A stretch of 64,000 nucleotides of DNA. Origin: a virus. The stretch's first letter is position 1, and each line of letters starts with the position of its first letter. Below the pieces are notes generated by a model, which did not search any database, was not told the origin of the DNA, and was given only the letters and a program-made list of their open reading frames with translations. The translations under genes and the position numbers were made by a program. The stretch lies in IMG/VR virus record IMGVR_UViG_3300035695_000002, positions 56,725 through 120,724 of that record; one strand, given 5' to 3'. Shown piece after piece: positions 31,701 to 41,814 of this stretch.

Positions 31701-32835
31701 TTGGATTTACAGCCCCCTGTATCCAGTTACCCCCATTCTTGGCTTGTTCCATATTGTTATTATTTGAAAAATCTGTCAACTGCTTCAGTTTCTTCAACTG
31801 TCCTTTATCTTGTTTTCCCATAGGATATTCTGTTACATTACTACCTTGAAATTTATATTGTCCTTCTGGTTGCATTAATTGAGTATGACCAGTGTTACTT
31901 ACTCCTAATACAGGGTAGGGCACATTACTCATTGTTATATCAGGGGAGTTGATTTTTGTTACTTTCCCAGGATGTGCCCATTGACCTCTATTATCATTAA
32001 TTGGTTGTTCTTGTTGAAAATAATCCAACATTCCATTGTTAACCTTCTGATAATCATGAGGATATTTATCATAAAGTGTTTGTCTAACACTATCTCTTTT
32101 CTGATTTCTTTTCTTTAATGCTTTTACATCAAACATTCCACCATCCTGCATCCCCTTAGTTTTGAAATCCTGCCCATGTTGATAATAAACCATTCCTCCA
32201 TCTTGTAATTCCATTCCATTTATATGAGAGGTCTTCTTTACTCCACTATATGTGGTGTCAGAAGAGAAGGATTGAGGAAGAGAAAAACGTCTTCTAAGTA
32301 AATCATTAGGACTTTCTTGTCCTAATTTAGTAGTCATATACCCTATATCATTAGGATTTACCCCTTTAGGGATAGGAGTATTATATAATTTTTGTTGATC
32401 TATATAAGGCATTCTATACATAGTTCCTCTTTGTAGGGTGTCTGCTGTATTATATCCTTGTTTTCTCCATGATTCTACAGGAAATATAGAAGCTCCTTTT
32501 TGAGCAGAAGCTTTAGTTTTCTTAGAATATTTACCATTAGAAGGTGTACTACCTGTTCTAGCATATGTAAAACCTACAGATCCAGGCATACTTCCTCCCA
32601 TTTGAAACTGTCCTCCCCAAGCTGGAGATTTCCAGTTTTTACTATTGTATCCGCTTCCTACAAATCCACTAGGTAAATGAGTGAAATTGTTATTCTCATT
32701 CTGCATTGTTATACCTAAATTAGCATTAGCCACATAACCAAAATAACGTCTCTGTTTATCTGTTATAGGTTTTCCATGAGCAGTGCCATCGTGTAATATT
32801 TCTGCTGCCTTAGCTTTGGAGAGTTTCTTTGCCAT
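28741..32835 (-). CDS. Virion cargo/ejection protein with Gly-rich TM segments (1364 aa)
   Basis: GSTLGGAVGSFFGPVGGLVGTAVGAIAGG segment, GKSHADGG...VEVEGGE motif, repeated xxGG motifs. Confidence 0.7.
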   Translation of the reverse strand: MAKKLSKAKAAEILHDGTAHGKPITDKQRRYFGYVANANLGITMQNENNNFTHLPSGFVGSGYNSKNWKSPAWGGQFQMGGSMPGSVGFTYARTGSTPSNGKYSKKTKASAQKGASIFPVESWRKQGYNTADTLQRGTMYRMPYIDQQKLYNTPIPKGVNPNDIGYMTTKLGQESPNDLLRRRFSLPQSFSSDTTYSGVKKTSHINGMELQDGGMVYYQHGQDFKTKGMQDGGMFDVKALKKRNQKRDSVRQTLYDKYPHDYQKVNNGMLDYFQQEQPINDNRGQWAHPGKVTKINSPDITMSNVPYPVLGVSNTGHTQLMQPEGQYKFQGSNVTEYPMGKQDKGQLKKLKQLTDFSNNNNMEQAKNGGNWIQGAVNPKHKGYCTPMTKSTCTPRRKAFAKTMKKHHGFHKDGGTVPYGQNGYQTLDLSQYNTTAPNFGPPQGMAYQPLNLGQQPQSQGSYGNYQAPQLNLDQTDYSLPKKTVAGNIINGVSVIGGVVRGLKMLKAEKKQKQAAEQNFQLSSLAAKASETRPEAVKRKYVRPEDMVIQPDQMFPSTGVGTNYLSGKNGVSVIGEIQNTYAPHTLYDDLGYEPLNESGKKKQFKNGGKKAQWGAIASGIAQSAANSYVQGQVNQYGQAIGASIGSGRLQAAGNAGSQIGSTLGGAVGSFFGPVGGLVGTAVGAIAGGAIDKNGKRINRFNDLSNVNLNKIGLQQGVRNMQTQNSSFMENGGFLSHNWNPQVITKFGDYTAKEVYDVAHEGLHSLRTGGNIRQNTMAMGGELKVHGGGHAESISSNPYLPDNGETVMFRGKSHADGGMPISFGKQPVEVEGGEPAVKLQDGGTGEDNLVVFGNMKIPSYGVNEIGDKDAKGMKFKNYIAKLSEREEKQNKVVNKGLKLINDTDDRDAFDQLKIASGKALLEGGNMKLKLLAEQKQAAGNVQNAILETAHEHNLDSDALAKGKIKKAKNGANMRYAQSGDTGKSNSAAADLNLLNIFGDYKNKISEYITPEQKDEYIKTGHIPTENPNVLKKAFYNQVSTKGSKNYNEWFKEKYSKNKGKVIDSPWGKQLMELAKPSGSEKYVGIKGGEVAPNMDSAPAYHPFTMDEIGPSGSSKVQLENNPSSKTAKDFKFKGFNAGDAFNSLWPYFRPTNQIGLDPNQLAGEYYALSNNTLDPVNAQKYSPLLDQPYDISFQDQLNANQSDFNALQRQTAYNPAAQSILAGQKYAANSNVLGAQFRANQANKAGIYSKNRDTVNDASLKNLALLDQQYVRQAQAKSNTKATAQMALSSIASKIQQNKLENRTLGVYENLYGYRYDDQGRAYNLNGLAQFNIPEVGKDLSVDQLQSLIDQKKKNKAKNGYLVKALK

Positions 32836-32836
32836 A

Positions 32837-33715
32837 TTATAAATAACTTATTTGTGCAGGTGCTACAAGGAATTGACTAACTACGTGAATGTCACTACGA
32901 TTATCCAAAATTTGTCTAACTTTCAAATCTTTAGCTCTAATTGTAAATTTCTTAAATGATTGAGATGTATATATCATATTACTCTGATTCAGTTCTTTAT
33001 CTATAGAAAGAGACTGACAAGAATTTATAAATAAAGGAATAGTTTTATCTTTTACAACATCCCAAAATGTATTATATTGATAGAAGTTGTCTCTTTTAGA
33101 GAACAGGATGGTTTTACTATCTGTGTTATATTTGGGATAGGAAAGATAAGCTTTCAGGTTATTTTGAGGTTTATCAACTAATTGTAATACACCTGAAGAC
33201 TGTTGATCGTTGTAAATGATGCTTTTGTTAAAGTAATCACTATCAGTTTCTATCTTTCTATTGTAATTAAATACTCCATCGTCTGTAGAAAGGTATTTAT
33301 ACACCTTGGTGTAATCCTTTACATTTTGTACAATTTCATCATGATATTGATAAGCAAAAGGATATTCTATTATATAAGGAGCAATACATCCATAGAAGTT
33401 GTTATACAACACAGGATTGGTAAGATGTCTCCATAATGAAGAAGTATTAGCTTCCTGAAACTTCATGGCTGCTAAGTCTATCTGTGTTATTGTAGATACC
33501 GGAATATTCCATGTTTTAGAACAGCAATTTATTCCTGTAGAACTAAGAATTATTACATTAACGGAAGCATCTATTATAAACGCTACTCCTGAAATAAGGT
33601 CAGCTTTGGACACATTGGTGGCTAGTACATTCCCCAAATCATCAGAGATGGAGAATGTAGATAGCCTGTTTCCAGCTTTTTTTAGCTTTATAATAATTCT
33701 ATTAGTCATTAGCAA
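32837..33715 (-). CDS. C-terminal part of the muzzle/stabilisation protein as a separate gene, with an N-terminal Ig-like module
   Basis: SLWRH...NNFYG...YIIEY...FNKSIIYNDQQSSGVL resembles the distal part of crAss-like muzzle proteins (recalled, not searched). Confidence 0.55.
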   Translation of the reverse strand: MLMTNRIIIKLKKAGNRLSTFSISDDLGNVLATNVSKADLISGVAFIIDASVNVIILSSTGINCCSKTWNIPVSTITQIDLAAMKFQEANTSSLWRHLTNPVLYNNFYGCIAPYIIEYPFAYQYHDEIVQNVKDYTKVYKYLSTDDGVFNYNRKIETDSDYFNKSIIYNDQQSSGVLQLVDKPQNNLKAYLSYPKYNTDSKTILFSKRDNFYQYNTFWDVVKDKTIPLFINSCQSLSIDKELNQSNMIYTSQSFKKFTIRAKDLKVRQILDNRSDIHVVSQFLVAPAQISYL

Positions 33716-34371
33716 GCATATGGGTTAACACAAGCAGTAGAAAGCACAATCGTTACCGTTGTACCGCCTATTACAATTGTATCCCCGTTATGTTTAGTAG
33801 AACCATTTACTACAATTGAATTAAATCTTCTATATGAAAGAGTTCCGCAAGTCATAGGACTAGAACCACTACCCATTCCTGAAGTAGAACCAGCAGGTAT
33901 TGTTAATGTTCCAACTAACGCATCGCTCTCATTAAAAGGAGAACAAGCTCCTAAATCAGATCCATTAACCGTAGCAGAGGTTATATTTACCGCAGTAGAA
34001 GGAATGGCTGCTGACAAATCAAAGAAGAAATTGCCACTTTGATAACTAGTAAATGTCAAATTAGCAGTTCCTGGATCAGGAGGAATTGTTGTAGTAGTTG
34101 TAGTAGTGCTTGTACTAGAAGTAGATGTTGTGGTGGTAGTAGTCAAAGAAATTGGTAAATCTACATAATTAGTACATAATGCACTAGTCGATTTAACCCT
34201 TATTGTAGTAGCTGCATCAGGAACTAATACAGAAGTATATCCTGCTAAAAGAGAAGCTTTTGAAACTCCTGCTTCAAAAGCAGACAAATATCCGTCCACA
34301 TTTGAATATAGATCAAAGGGACCTGTATCAGTTCCTGCTACTGTTAATGTTATTAATACTGTTTGTGCCAT
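33709..34371 (-). CDS. Two-domain virion protein with a long Thr/Ser linker (220 aa)
   Basis: Beta-rich domains joined by TTTTTTSTSSTSTTTTTTT. Confidence 0.65.
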   Translation of the reverse strand: MAQTVLITLTVAGTDTGPFDLYSNVDGYLSAFEAGVSKASLLAGYTSVLVPDAATTIRVKSTSALCTNYVDLPISLTTTTTTSTSSTSTTTTTTTIPPDPGTANLTFTSYQSGNFFFDLSAAIPSTAVNITSATVNGSDLGACSPFNESDALVGTLTIPAGSTSGMGSGSSPMTCGTLSYRRFNSIVVNGSTKHNGDTIVIGGTTVTIVLSTACVNPYAC

Positions 34372-34383
34372 ATTTTTATATTT

Positions 34384-37300
34384 TTATAAACAAGCCATTG
34401 ATGCACATGAATCGTGCGGTGTATAATTAAAGATGTTATTATCAGCAGGAGCATTTGTAATTGCTACTATTGAACATACATTCCCATCATCCAGATAATA
34501 GAATTTTCCAATAACCACAGGGTTGACTGCTGTTATAACTCCTGCCCCCAAAGGATTGCAAATAGAACAAGCAAATATATTCACTGAATATTTTGCTTCT
34601 TGTAAAGCTGTTCCCTCTAACCCACAATCTGGAGCTATTGTAGTAGTGGTAGACGTTGTTGTTGTAGTTCCTAATGCAAATCCTTCTACATCACAATTGG
34701 GTGTATAAGCAGATCCAGCTAATCCACAATTGTATACAACTGTGGTTGTAGTGGTTGTAGTAGGAGATTGTACTTCTATAGCAGCTATTGCTTCTAAATC
34801 ACATCCTTCATTTAATCCAGAATAGAAGAAATTATTCTCTGCTATATAGAAATTAGGAATATAACTATGGAAACTTGTCCAACTTTGTGTATTTACATTA
34901 TATGAAAGAGTCCATGATTTATTACAGAAATACGTAATATCCGTTAAATCTACTTTTTTCCTGATTATAATAGGAGATAAGGTGGTAGTAGAAGTAGTGG
35001 TAGCAGGATGAATTAATGTTGTTGTAGTGGATGTGGTTGGAGATTCTTGAGGATAGATTAAATCTATATAAAACTCCTGTAATACACTATCATACTTTAT
35101 ATCCTTACTTAATGGAATATAGTCTAATTTTGATATTATTACTCTATCAAACTTACTATCATATACCCCATGTAACCCTATTCCATTGAAATGATTATCT
35201 GTATTTACATTAGGGAAATATCTTAATATTTCAAATGCTAGATGGTCTGTGAAAAATCTATTCATTCCACTACCAAAAGCAGACAAATCACTAACTCCAT
35301 TTCCTGATACAAGAAATACTTGTCCTCTTTTGGCATCTATGGTTATCTGTCCTTGGGGGATTTTTAACAAAAGTTTATTCTGACTCCCCACATATCCTAA
35401 GTCTGTCTCTGCAAAATCTATAGGAGGACTACTTCTAAATAATGTACTATTTCCCAGATAAGCAGCTTGGGGGTTGCTTGTATCAATTGTGAGTAAAGTA
35501 TTGTATAACAAGCTCTTGTTCTCAAATCTAGCTAAAATGGCCTTATTTTGTATACCATCTAAAGATGTTAATTTTCCATAATTCTGAGGAAAATCAAAAT
35601 AAGAAGATGCTCTATATATTAACCAACTATTTATCCTATTATCTGTAAAAGACTGTTGAGGATCTGAATATACTGTTCTAAATGGAAAATGTGTAAAACA
35701 CAATTGTTGTGTCCAATTTAAAGGAAGATGTGTAAACAAATTTTCCTTATTCTGCTTGGAATAAGACACATTGTAGTAATATGTATTATCGAATATAATA
35801 GGAACAAAGCTCTCTTGTACCCAATCATCAGGAATATCAGTACTTACATGAGGAAAGAAATCTCCTTCTCTATTATTAAACGCTTGTCTTAAATCCACAT
35901 TCACACTGGATTCGCAATAAAATGTAGGAATTCCATAAGCAAACATGTACATTTTACCATCGTAATAAGTTCTTCCAGGGTTTACCACTGGAGGAGTAAT
36001 GGTAGGATTTGGTGCAGGAAGTTGATTATTTGGACAATCTAAATAATGAGCTTTTATAGATATTAGATTTTTACCATAAATACCTGCAAACTTGTAATCA
36101 TATAGAACAGACCTAGCAGAATGCCAATATTGAGGATAGGCCACATTCCCTATTTCATCATAGAAAATATCACTATCATCAGGAGCACCCACTCTATTAT
36201 CTATAAAGAATGGAAGCTTTGTTTTGAATGAAAATCTATTAATAAAGGTATCTCCTCCAAATATAGTAACATCTGTAGGAGCACCGTTCAATATATCTTG
36301 TGTATTTACAAGAGTTTGAAATCCTGTATCAATAGTATCATAAGAGTACATTTGACCCCATTGATTGAGAATAATATCCTTAAGTGATCCATAGTAAGAA
36401 ACTACACTTATATCAAACTGTTTTTGAGGATTTGAACAGTCTTGTTGAGAGTTTACATATCTAGACTTATCTTCTATAGCACTTGTACTGTCTGGAAGGG
36501 TTAAAGAAGGAGTTTGGCTAGCAAATGGTAATGGAGTAGTAGTTCCTTTAGTTTTTAGATATAAAGAGGATTCTCTATTGTAATTATTGATAATATGAGT
36601 ATCTCCAAGAGACTCTACAACAGGAATAAGATATTGGCATATATCTAGTTCTCTTTGCTTAATTCCCAGATTATTGTCTATTTCAGCATTATAATTATAA
36701 CTTGCTATTGAATTATAACTCCATCCATAATTTCTTCTAGTTATTCCATTTACATAAATGGTAAGGTATGCCTGATAAGCAGTGAACATTGCTGTAGCAT
36801 TGAAAGGAGCTGTTATATTTGCTATGTTATAACTAGAATTTAAAGCATCTTCTTGAGCCTCCTTTGTAAGAAGTTTATACAATGCATTTTTCTTCACTTC
36901 TACAAAATGTCCTTTTCCTGCTCCAAATACAACATCTTCTAATTTTAAGACTGTTCCTAGAAAAGGTTGTCCAAATGATGTTTCTGGAGAATTTAATACA
37001 TATCTATATTTACTATCATCAGTGGTAAAAGCTGAAAGATTATTAGGATAGCAAAGAATATTCTTAAATGTGTTTACTTGTTGTATTGTTCCAAAACTAA
37101 ACGGCCATAATGTAGGAACTGTTCCTTCTTTTACTAATATAGTGGCAGGAGAATTTAGATACACAAGTATAGTTTGTGGATTATTGTCTACATCAATATA
37201 AGCAAATGTAGAATAACCTATACTAGATGTAAGAAGATATGTATCTGAGCTTATTACAACTATTGGAGCTGTATAAGTTCCTGTCAATATTACAGGAAGA

Positions 37301-39267
37301 GTTAAAGAACATACTGTTATAGTAGTACCAGCAGTCATTGTTGCTACAGTAGTAGTATTGGTAAAACAGTCAGTGTATTGATATGTTCCATCTCCTGTAA
37401 CTGCAAACTTATAAGTATAACATAATGCATTAAAAGCATTAGGTTTTTCTAATAAGAAAGGATCTTCTCTTAAGTCATTATAAGGATAGTTAGCGAAAAA
37501 ATAATCTGTTCCTTCTCTTGTGTATTTTCCTACATTCCTTAATATACCTTTTGCTATTATGGATTTGTTAGTACTTCTATCTCCTCTTACTATCTTAAAT
37601 CCTGCAATACTATCCTTTTGGTCTTGTGTTAGATTGGAAGCAATTATAAATTGCCATACTTGCTCTATATTAAGTTTTACCCCTATAGGGAAAATAGCAG
37701 ATTTCTCCATCACTGGAGTAATAGGAGATCCTGAAGTGTATAAAGAGCTTTCGAATATAGGACTAACTAAAACATCTGGAAACTTGTGATGTCTTATAGG
37801 TTGACCAGCCAATTCTCCCCATACATCACTGTTACATGGGTAGGTCTCTGTGGATTCCCAGTATGAGAATTTTCCATACTGATATGGACCTTTATAAGAA
37901 GGATCAGAAGTAAAACCTCCATCAGTAGCTATAACACTTCCTGTATTATATATCTGCCAATATGGCAAACTATTAGTTAATGGATTAGGAGTCCCTATAA
38001 AATCAGGATTGGTAGAAGGAACGTCTAATAAATCAAGAGCTTCTGCCACTCTACCTGGAATATGAAAACCATCTGTTTGCTTACCGTTCTTTAAAAGGAA
38101 AACAATCTCAAATGGATAGATTTCGTCTCTTAAGTATCCTCTTAAATTAGTAGCATTTAACTCATCTGCATAGTTTTCCGTAGAAGGAATTCTATAAGTT
38201 TCCCAGAATAGTGTAATTTTACTAGCAATTTGTTGGTAATTTATCCTATCTATAGATGTAAGTTGATCCCACACTAATATATCTTGTACATTAGTCACAT
38301 CTTGAGCAACATCATAAAAAGGAAACTTCTCAAATATATCTGCTATAGTTAACTGTACTTGTGTCTGATTCTGACCACTATATATGATTTGTTTTCTTAT
38401 ATTATCTATAGTGTAAGTTCCTATAAGTTGAACAGATGGTACACCATTAATAGTCTTTATTACAGCTACATTGAAATATTGAAAGTATCCTGTAGCATCT
38501 ATATTCGAAATATCCAGCACAATAGACTTGTTTACATTATAATTGAAATTTAATGTATCTATTTGAGGATTTGCTAAAGGAACAGGATTTGTAACAGAAT
38601 AATAGGATGTATAAGCATCTCCTGCTACATCACAGTATTGAATAGCAAACTGATAAGTTCCTGCCAAATTGTCACCTCCATTTATAACATCTACTACTTG
38701 TAGATTAGGAATAGCAAAATTAGGCTGTATTTTAAGCTTATTACAATCTATTTGTTTAAAAGTCTTTACATCACAAATAGTACTTTCTATTAACGTTCTA
38801 TAAGGAATCTTGTTTAGATCAAGAAATCTTCTAGGATTTATACCATCTGTCCAATATATCTCTGTAGAACAGTTAGTTATTTTATGTACTATTTTATGAA
38901 TAGGATGATTGATGTCAAAATTTAAACAATTATCCTCTATATAAGTATGATAGAGACAATCATTGTTATCCATGTATCCTATCTGAGAATCTCCTGTATT
39001 AGGATTTACTAAGAAGAATATGTGTTTATTTTGTTCCTGAATGAAATGATTACCTATAAGTTTGAAATCTTCAGGAAATTGTAAACATAAGTTATTTCCT
39101 TGTTCATTTTGATAGGATATACTATTAGCATCAAAGTTTTCAACTGCTCCATTTAAAGAGTACGTAGTTTGTCCTTTAGGGATTTGATTCATAGAACTAT
39201 CCATGTTCATTCCTGTTCTAAGAGCATTGTTCTCTTGTCTTATATTAGATTCTTGTTGATCAGCCAC
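34384..39267 (-). CDS. Tail muzzle / stabilisation protein (P22 gp10-like), 1627 aa
   Basis: GMNMD...NEQGN start, WTDGINPRR, IRHHKFPD, SWTLSY...SFHSYIP. Follows the ring-protein genes. Confidence 0.75.
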   Translation of the reverse strand: MADQQESNIRQENNALRTGMNMDSSMNQIPKGQTTYSLNGAVENFDANSISYQNEQGNNLCLQFPEDFKLIGNHFIQEQNKHIFFLVNPNTGDSQIGYMDNNDCLYHTYIEDNCLNFDINHPIHKIVHKITNCSTEIYWTDGINPRRFLDLNKIPYRTLIESTICDVKTFKQIDCNKLKIQPNFAIPNLQVVDVINGGDNLAGTYQFAIQYCDVAGDAYTSYYSVTNPVPLANPQIDTLNFNYNVNKSIVLDISNIDATGYFQYFNVAVIKTINGVPSVQLIGTYTIDNIRKQIIYSGQNQTQVQLTIADIFEKFPFYDVAQDVTNVQDILVWDQLTSIDRINYQQIASKITLFWETYRIPSTENYADELNATNLRGYLRDEIYPFEIVFLLKNGKQTDGFHIPGRVAEALDLLDVPSTNPDFIGTPNPLTNSLPYWQIYNTGSVIATDGGFTSDPSYKGPYQYGKFSYWESTETYPCNSDVWGELAGQPIRHHKFPDVLVSPIFESSLYTSGSPITPVMEKSAIFPIGVKLNIEQVWQFIIASNLTQDQKDSIAGFKIVRGDRSTNKSIIAKGILRNVGKYTREGTDYFFANYPYNDLREDPFLLEKPNAFNALCYTYKFAVTGDGTYQYTDCFTNTTTVATMTAGTTITVCSLTLPVILTGTYTAPIVVISSDTYLLTSSIGYSTFAYIDVDNNPQTILVYLNSPATILVKEGTVPTLWPFSFGTIQQVNTFKNILCYPNNLSAFTTDDSKYRYVLNSPETSFGQPFLGTVLKLEDVVFGAGKGHFVEVKKNALYKLLTKEAQEDALNSSYNIANITAPFNATAMFTAYQAYLTIYVNGITRRNYGWSYNSIASYNYNAEIDNNLGIKQRELDICQYLIPVVESLGDTHIINNYNRESSLYLKTKGTTTPLPFASQTPSLTLPDSTSAIEDKSRYVNSQQDCSNPQKQFDISVVSYYGSLKDIILNQWGQMYSYDTIDTGFQTLVNTQDILNGAPTDVTIFGGDTFINRFSFKTKLPFFIDNRVGAPDDSDIFYDEIGNVAYPQYWHSARSVLYDYKFAGIYGKNLISIKAHYLDCPNNQLPAPNPTITPPVVNPGRTYYDGKMYMFAYGIPTFYCESSVNVDLRQAFNNREGDFFPHVSTDIPDDWVQESFVPIIFDNTYYYNVSYSKQNKENLFTHLPLNWTQQLCFTHFPFRTVYSDPQQSFTDNRINSWLIYRASSYFDFPQNYGKLTSLDGIQNKAILARFENKSLLYNTLLTIDTSNPQAAYLGNSTLFRSSPPIDFAETDLGYVGSQNKLLLKIPQGQITIDAKRGQVFLVSGNGVSDLSAFGSGMNRFFTDHLAFEILRYFPNVNTDNHFNGIGLHGVYDSKFDRVIISKLDYIPLSKDIKYDSVLQEFYIDLIYPQESPTTSTTTTLIHPATTTSTTTLSPIIIRKKVDLTDITYFCNKSWTLSYNVNTQSWTSFHSYIPNFYIAENNFFYSGLNEGCDLEAIAAIEVQSPTTTTTTTVVYNCGLAGSAYTPNCDVEGFALGTTTTTSTTTTIAPDCGLEGTALQEAKYSVNIFACSICNPLGAGVITAVNPVVIGKFYYLDDGNVCSIVAITNAPADNNIFNYTPHDSCASMACL

Positions 39268-39270
39268 TTG

Positions 39271-40020
39271 TTATGCCTCTAGATATGTTAAATGAGTTAA
39301 CTTTCTTCTATTATTTTTATGAGCAATTCTGAGAGATCTGGTTAATATTCCGTAATTTATATTTAACTTTTCAGATGCATCTTTAGCAGACAAATAAATT
39401 TCCTTTGTTAAACTATTAATGACTTTTTTAGCAAAAGGACTATTTCCCTTAGTTTTACCAAACATTGGATGTTTATTTCCTGTTCTACCAAAACAGGGAG
39501 ATAATTCTCCTACCTTTCCTAAATTAGGATGTTTTAATCCTTTCTCTTTCCAATTCTTCCAATACCCTTCGTTTCCAAAAGCTCCATGATCTTTTCCAAA
39601 TTTACTATACATTACATTCTTTTCGCCAGATCTAGACATGCTCATTTTTTTCTTACTTTCTTCAGAATGTTTTCCATTAGATCCAGGGAACTTAATATTC
39701 AACATTTCAAACCCTAAATCTTTATAATATTGCCAAAAATAAACTTCATAAAAATCTAAAATATTTTGAGATATAGAAAGTGGTAAATGTAATAATATTT
39801 CTATTTTATGATTATCTATTCCGTATTTCTTTAAAGATCTGTATAAATATATTTGACTTTCGCATTCTAATTTCTTATATTTACTCTTTCTACTTATCCA
39901 ATCCCAACTTTGTCCAATATAAATTTTTCCAGCAGGGGAAGTTATCTTATAAATTAGAGGTAAATTAAAATCTCCCATTCCTACGCCAGAGACCTCTGAT
40001 TGTTCCACTCGGTAATTCAT
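39271..40020 (-). mobile_element. GIY-YIG homing endonuclease with NUMOD3/NUMOD1 repeats
   Basis: LIYKITSPAGKIYIGQS, HSEESKKKMS, GEKNVMY/HPMFGK repeats. The exact start is uncertain because it overlaps the upstream gene. Confidence 0.85.
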
Positions 40021-40897
40021 ATTTGTTAAAACTATTAAGTTGACTCTTTATTGCTCTAAACTTTTGATAACTTGTATTTTTTTGTATTTCTAGTTGTGCC
40101 ATTATATAGGCTTCATCAGCTAATTGTTTAGCTTCTTGCTTCTTCTGAGAAAGCTGATTGAAGGTTTCATCGTTCACTTGATTACACAAGGTTTCAAACA
40201 TCTTGTACTTAATGAATAGTTCAATAAACTCCTTAATCCTGTAATTATCAGGAATAAGTTGATTATCACAACTATCGTATTCTGTAGCATAGAATATCAG
40301 ATGAACATGTCCGTTCCTAAAATTAGTAAAAAATTTATTGTCTCTAATGTCAAAACTATCTGGTCCAGAAGCACCGAAGTTAGCACAATGTAAAGAACAG
40401 TGCTTTTTAGTTGATATATTTCCAGGCTTTAAAAGATATTCTCTTTTAAATGTGTGATTGAATGTATTGTTAGTTTTATATACAGCTTGTATGAATTCAG
40501 GCATACATCCAGGACAATTACTATCCTGACACTCTACATTAGTACAGGCTTTTCCTCCTGATATAACAGGGGAAACTTGGATGGTTTGTAAGGAAGCAGC
40601 TTGAGAATAAAAAGAATTTGCTGATTGTACAGGGAATCCGTTCACTACTGTACATAACCACGCTTCTCTTACAGCATAGAAATTATCGGGCAGTCTAGCT
40701 TCAAAATCCTCCATATGAAGAATTTCTTCTTCTATTACATAAGATGACTTTCCAAGCTTATTTAAGCATTTGTTTGTATAAATTGGAAACAATAAATCAT
40801 CTATAGCCCCCGTATCATAATACGACTTCATTTCCTCTTTTATTATGGCATAAATTGGCTCTGGAGACACAAAGTTATATTTGTAAAAATAGCTCAT
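39965..40897 (-). CDS. Tail ring/tubular protein (310 aa)
   Basis: Position upstream of the muzzle gene; FFTNFRNGHVHLIFYA...LIPD motif typical of crAss-like tubular proteins. Confidence 0.6.
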   Translation of the reverse strand: MSYFYKYNFVSPEPIYAIIKEEMKSYYDTGAIDDLLFPIYTNKCLNKLGKSSYVIEEEILHMEDFEARLPDNFYAVREAWLCTVVNGFPVQSANSFYSQAASLQTIQVSPVISGGKACTNVECQDSNCPGCMPEFIQAVYKTNNTFNHTFKREYLLKPGNISTKKHCSLHCANFGASGPDSFDIRDNKFFTNFRNGHVHLIFYATEYDSCDNQLIPDNYRIKEFIELFIKYKMFETLCNQVNDETFNQLSQKKQEAKQLADEAYIMAQLEIQKNTSYQKFRAIKSQLNSFNKYELPSGTIRGLWRRNGRF

Positions 40898-41331
40898 TAT
40901 ATTTTCTTTTTATTGTATTTATATTCCATAGTTAGTGCCTTCTCTATAGGAATTCCTTTCGATAATCTTTCTTTCAATGTCTGATAGTGCAAATCAAATT
41001 TATTTGCTAAATCTTTTAATATAAATTTTTCACCATTATATTCTATATAGATATTAGTTCTCTTGTTTCTATCTTGAGTGTATCTATTTGACCACTTACA
41101 ATTTTCCTTACAATAATTTCCATTAACCTCTATTCTATCTATAGATGCTTTCTCGAATGGTTTAAATCCCATGTCTTCAAAGAAACCTTCAAACTTCAAC
41201 CATTTTTCACATATTGTTATCCCTCTAGCTCCGTAATTCTTATAGTGCTTATTATTAGGATTTAAACATCTTTGTTTCATTGATTCCCAAGAACTATATT
41301 CTGAGGAATTATGCATATTATGAATTGTCAT
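40897..41331 (-). mobile_element. HNH-type homing endonuclease (144 aa)
   Basis: SWESMKQRCLNPN...YGARGITICEKW...SIDRIEVNGNYCKENCKW. Confidence 0.8.
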
Positions 41332-41334
41332 ATG

Positions 41335-41814
41335 TTAAGGCTTCCAACATTGGTAGAGATGTTGATATTTAGGGTCTGCTTTAATATAGTGGTTTATAAG
41401 TCTTGATGTAATTCTGGATGGTTTAAACCACCATAAGTCTACATTCTTTATTCTTGTTGATTTCTTGAACCACATCCATCCAAAGAAATATCCTTCTGTA
41501 TGAAAGTTGAAATTATAGATTTTCTTACCTTTTTCTTTAGACTTCTTCCAATCTACAGGAAGATTGATATGTTCTTTACCATCTGGATCTATGGTTATTC
41601 TTTTTCTCTTCTTTTTTGTTATTGAAAATTCTCCAAATCCAGAAGGAATTCTTGCTTTAAGTCCTGTTTCCAGAATATAAGTCTTGAAAGACTCATTAAA
41701 TCCATATATAATATTTCTCCATTGGTCAAATGATACCTTTATATTAGGATGCTTTTTACAAAAAGCTATGTAATTATCTCTACTTCCAGATCTATAATCT
41801 ACACTTACGCGCAT
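41335..41814 (-). CDS. IHF/HU-like DNA-binding protein
   Basis: IPSGFGEFSITKKK; crAss-like conserved position among the tail genes. Confidence 0.6.
   Translation of the reverse strand: MRVSVDYRSGSRDNYIAFCKKHPNIKVSFDQWRNIIYGFNESFKTYILETGLKARIPSGFGEFSITKKKRKRITIDPDGKEHINLPVDWKKSKEKGKKIYNFNFHTEGYFFGWMWFKKSTRIKNVDLWWFKPSRITSRLINHYIKADPKYQHLYQCWKP

Noticed and set aside
34080-35040. GTA/GTT/GTG triplet runs as microsatellite, CRISPR or DGR repeats
   Set aside because: They are mixed-codon poly-Thr coding tracts. There is no repeat-spacer pattern, no reverse transcriptase and no TR/VR pair in the window.
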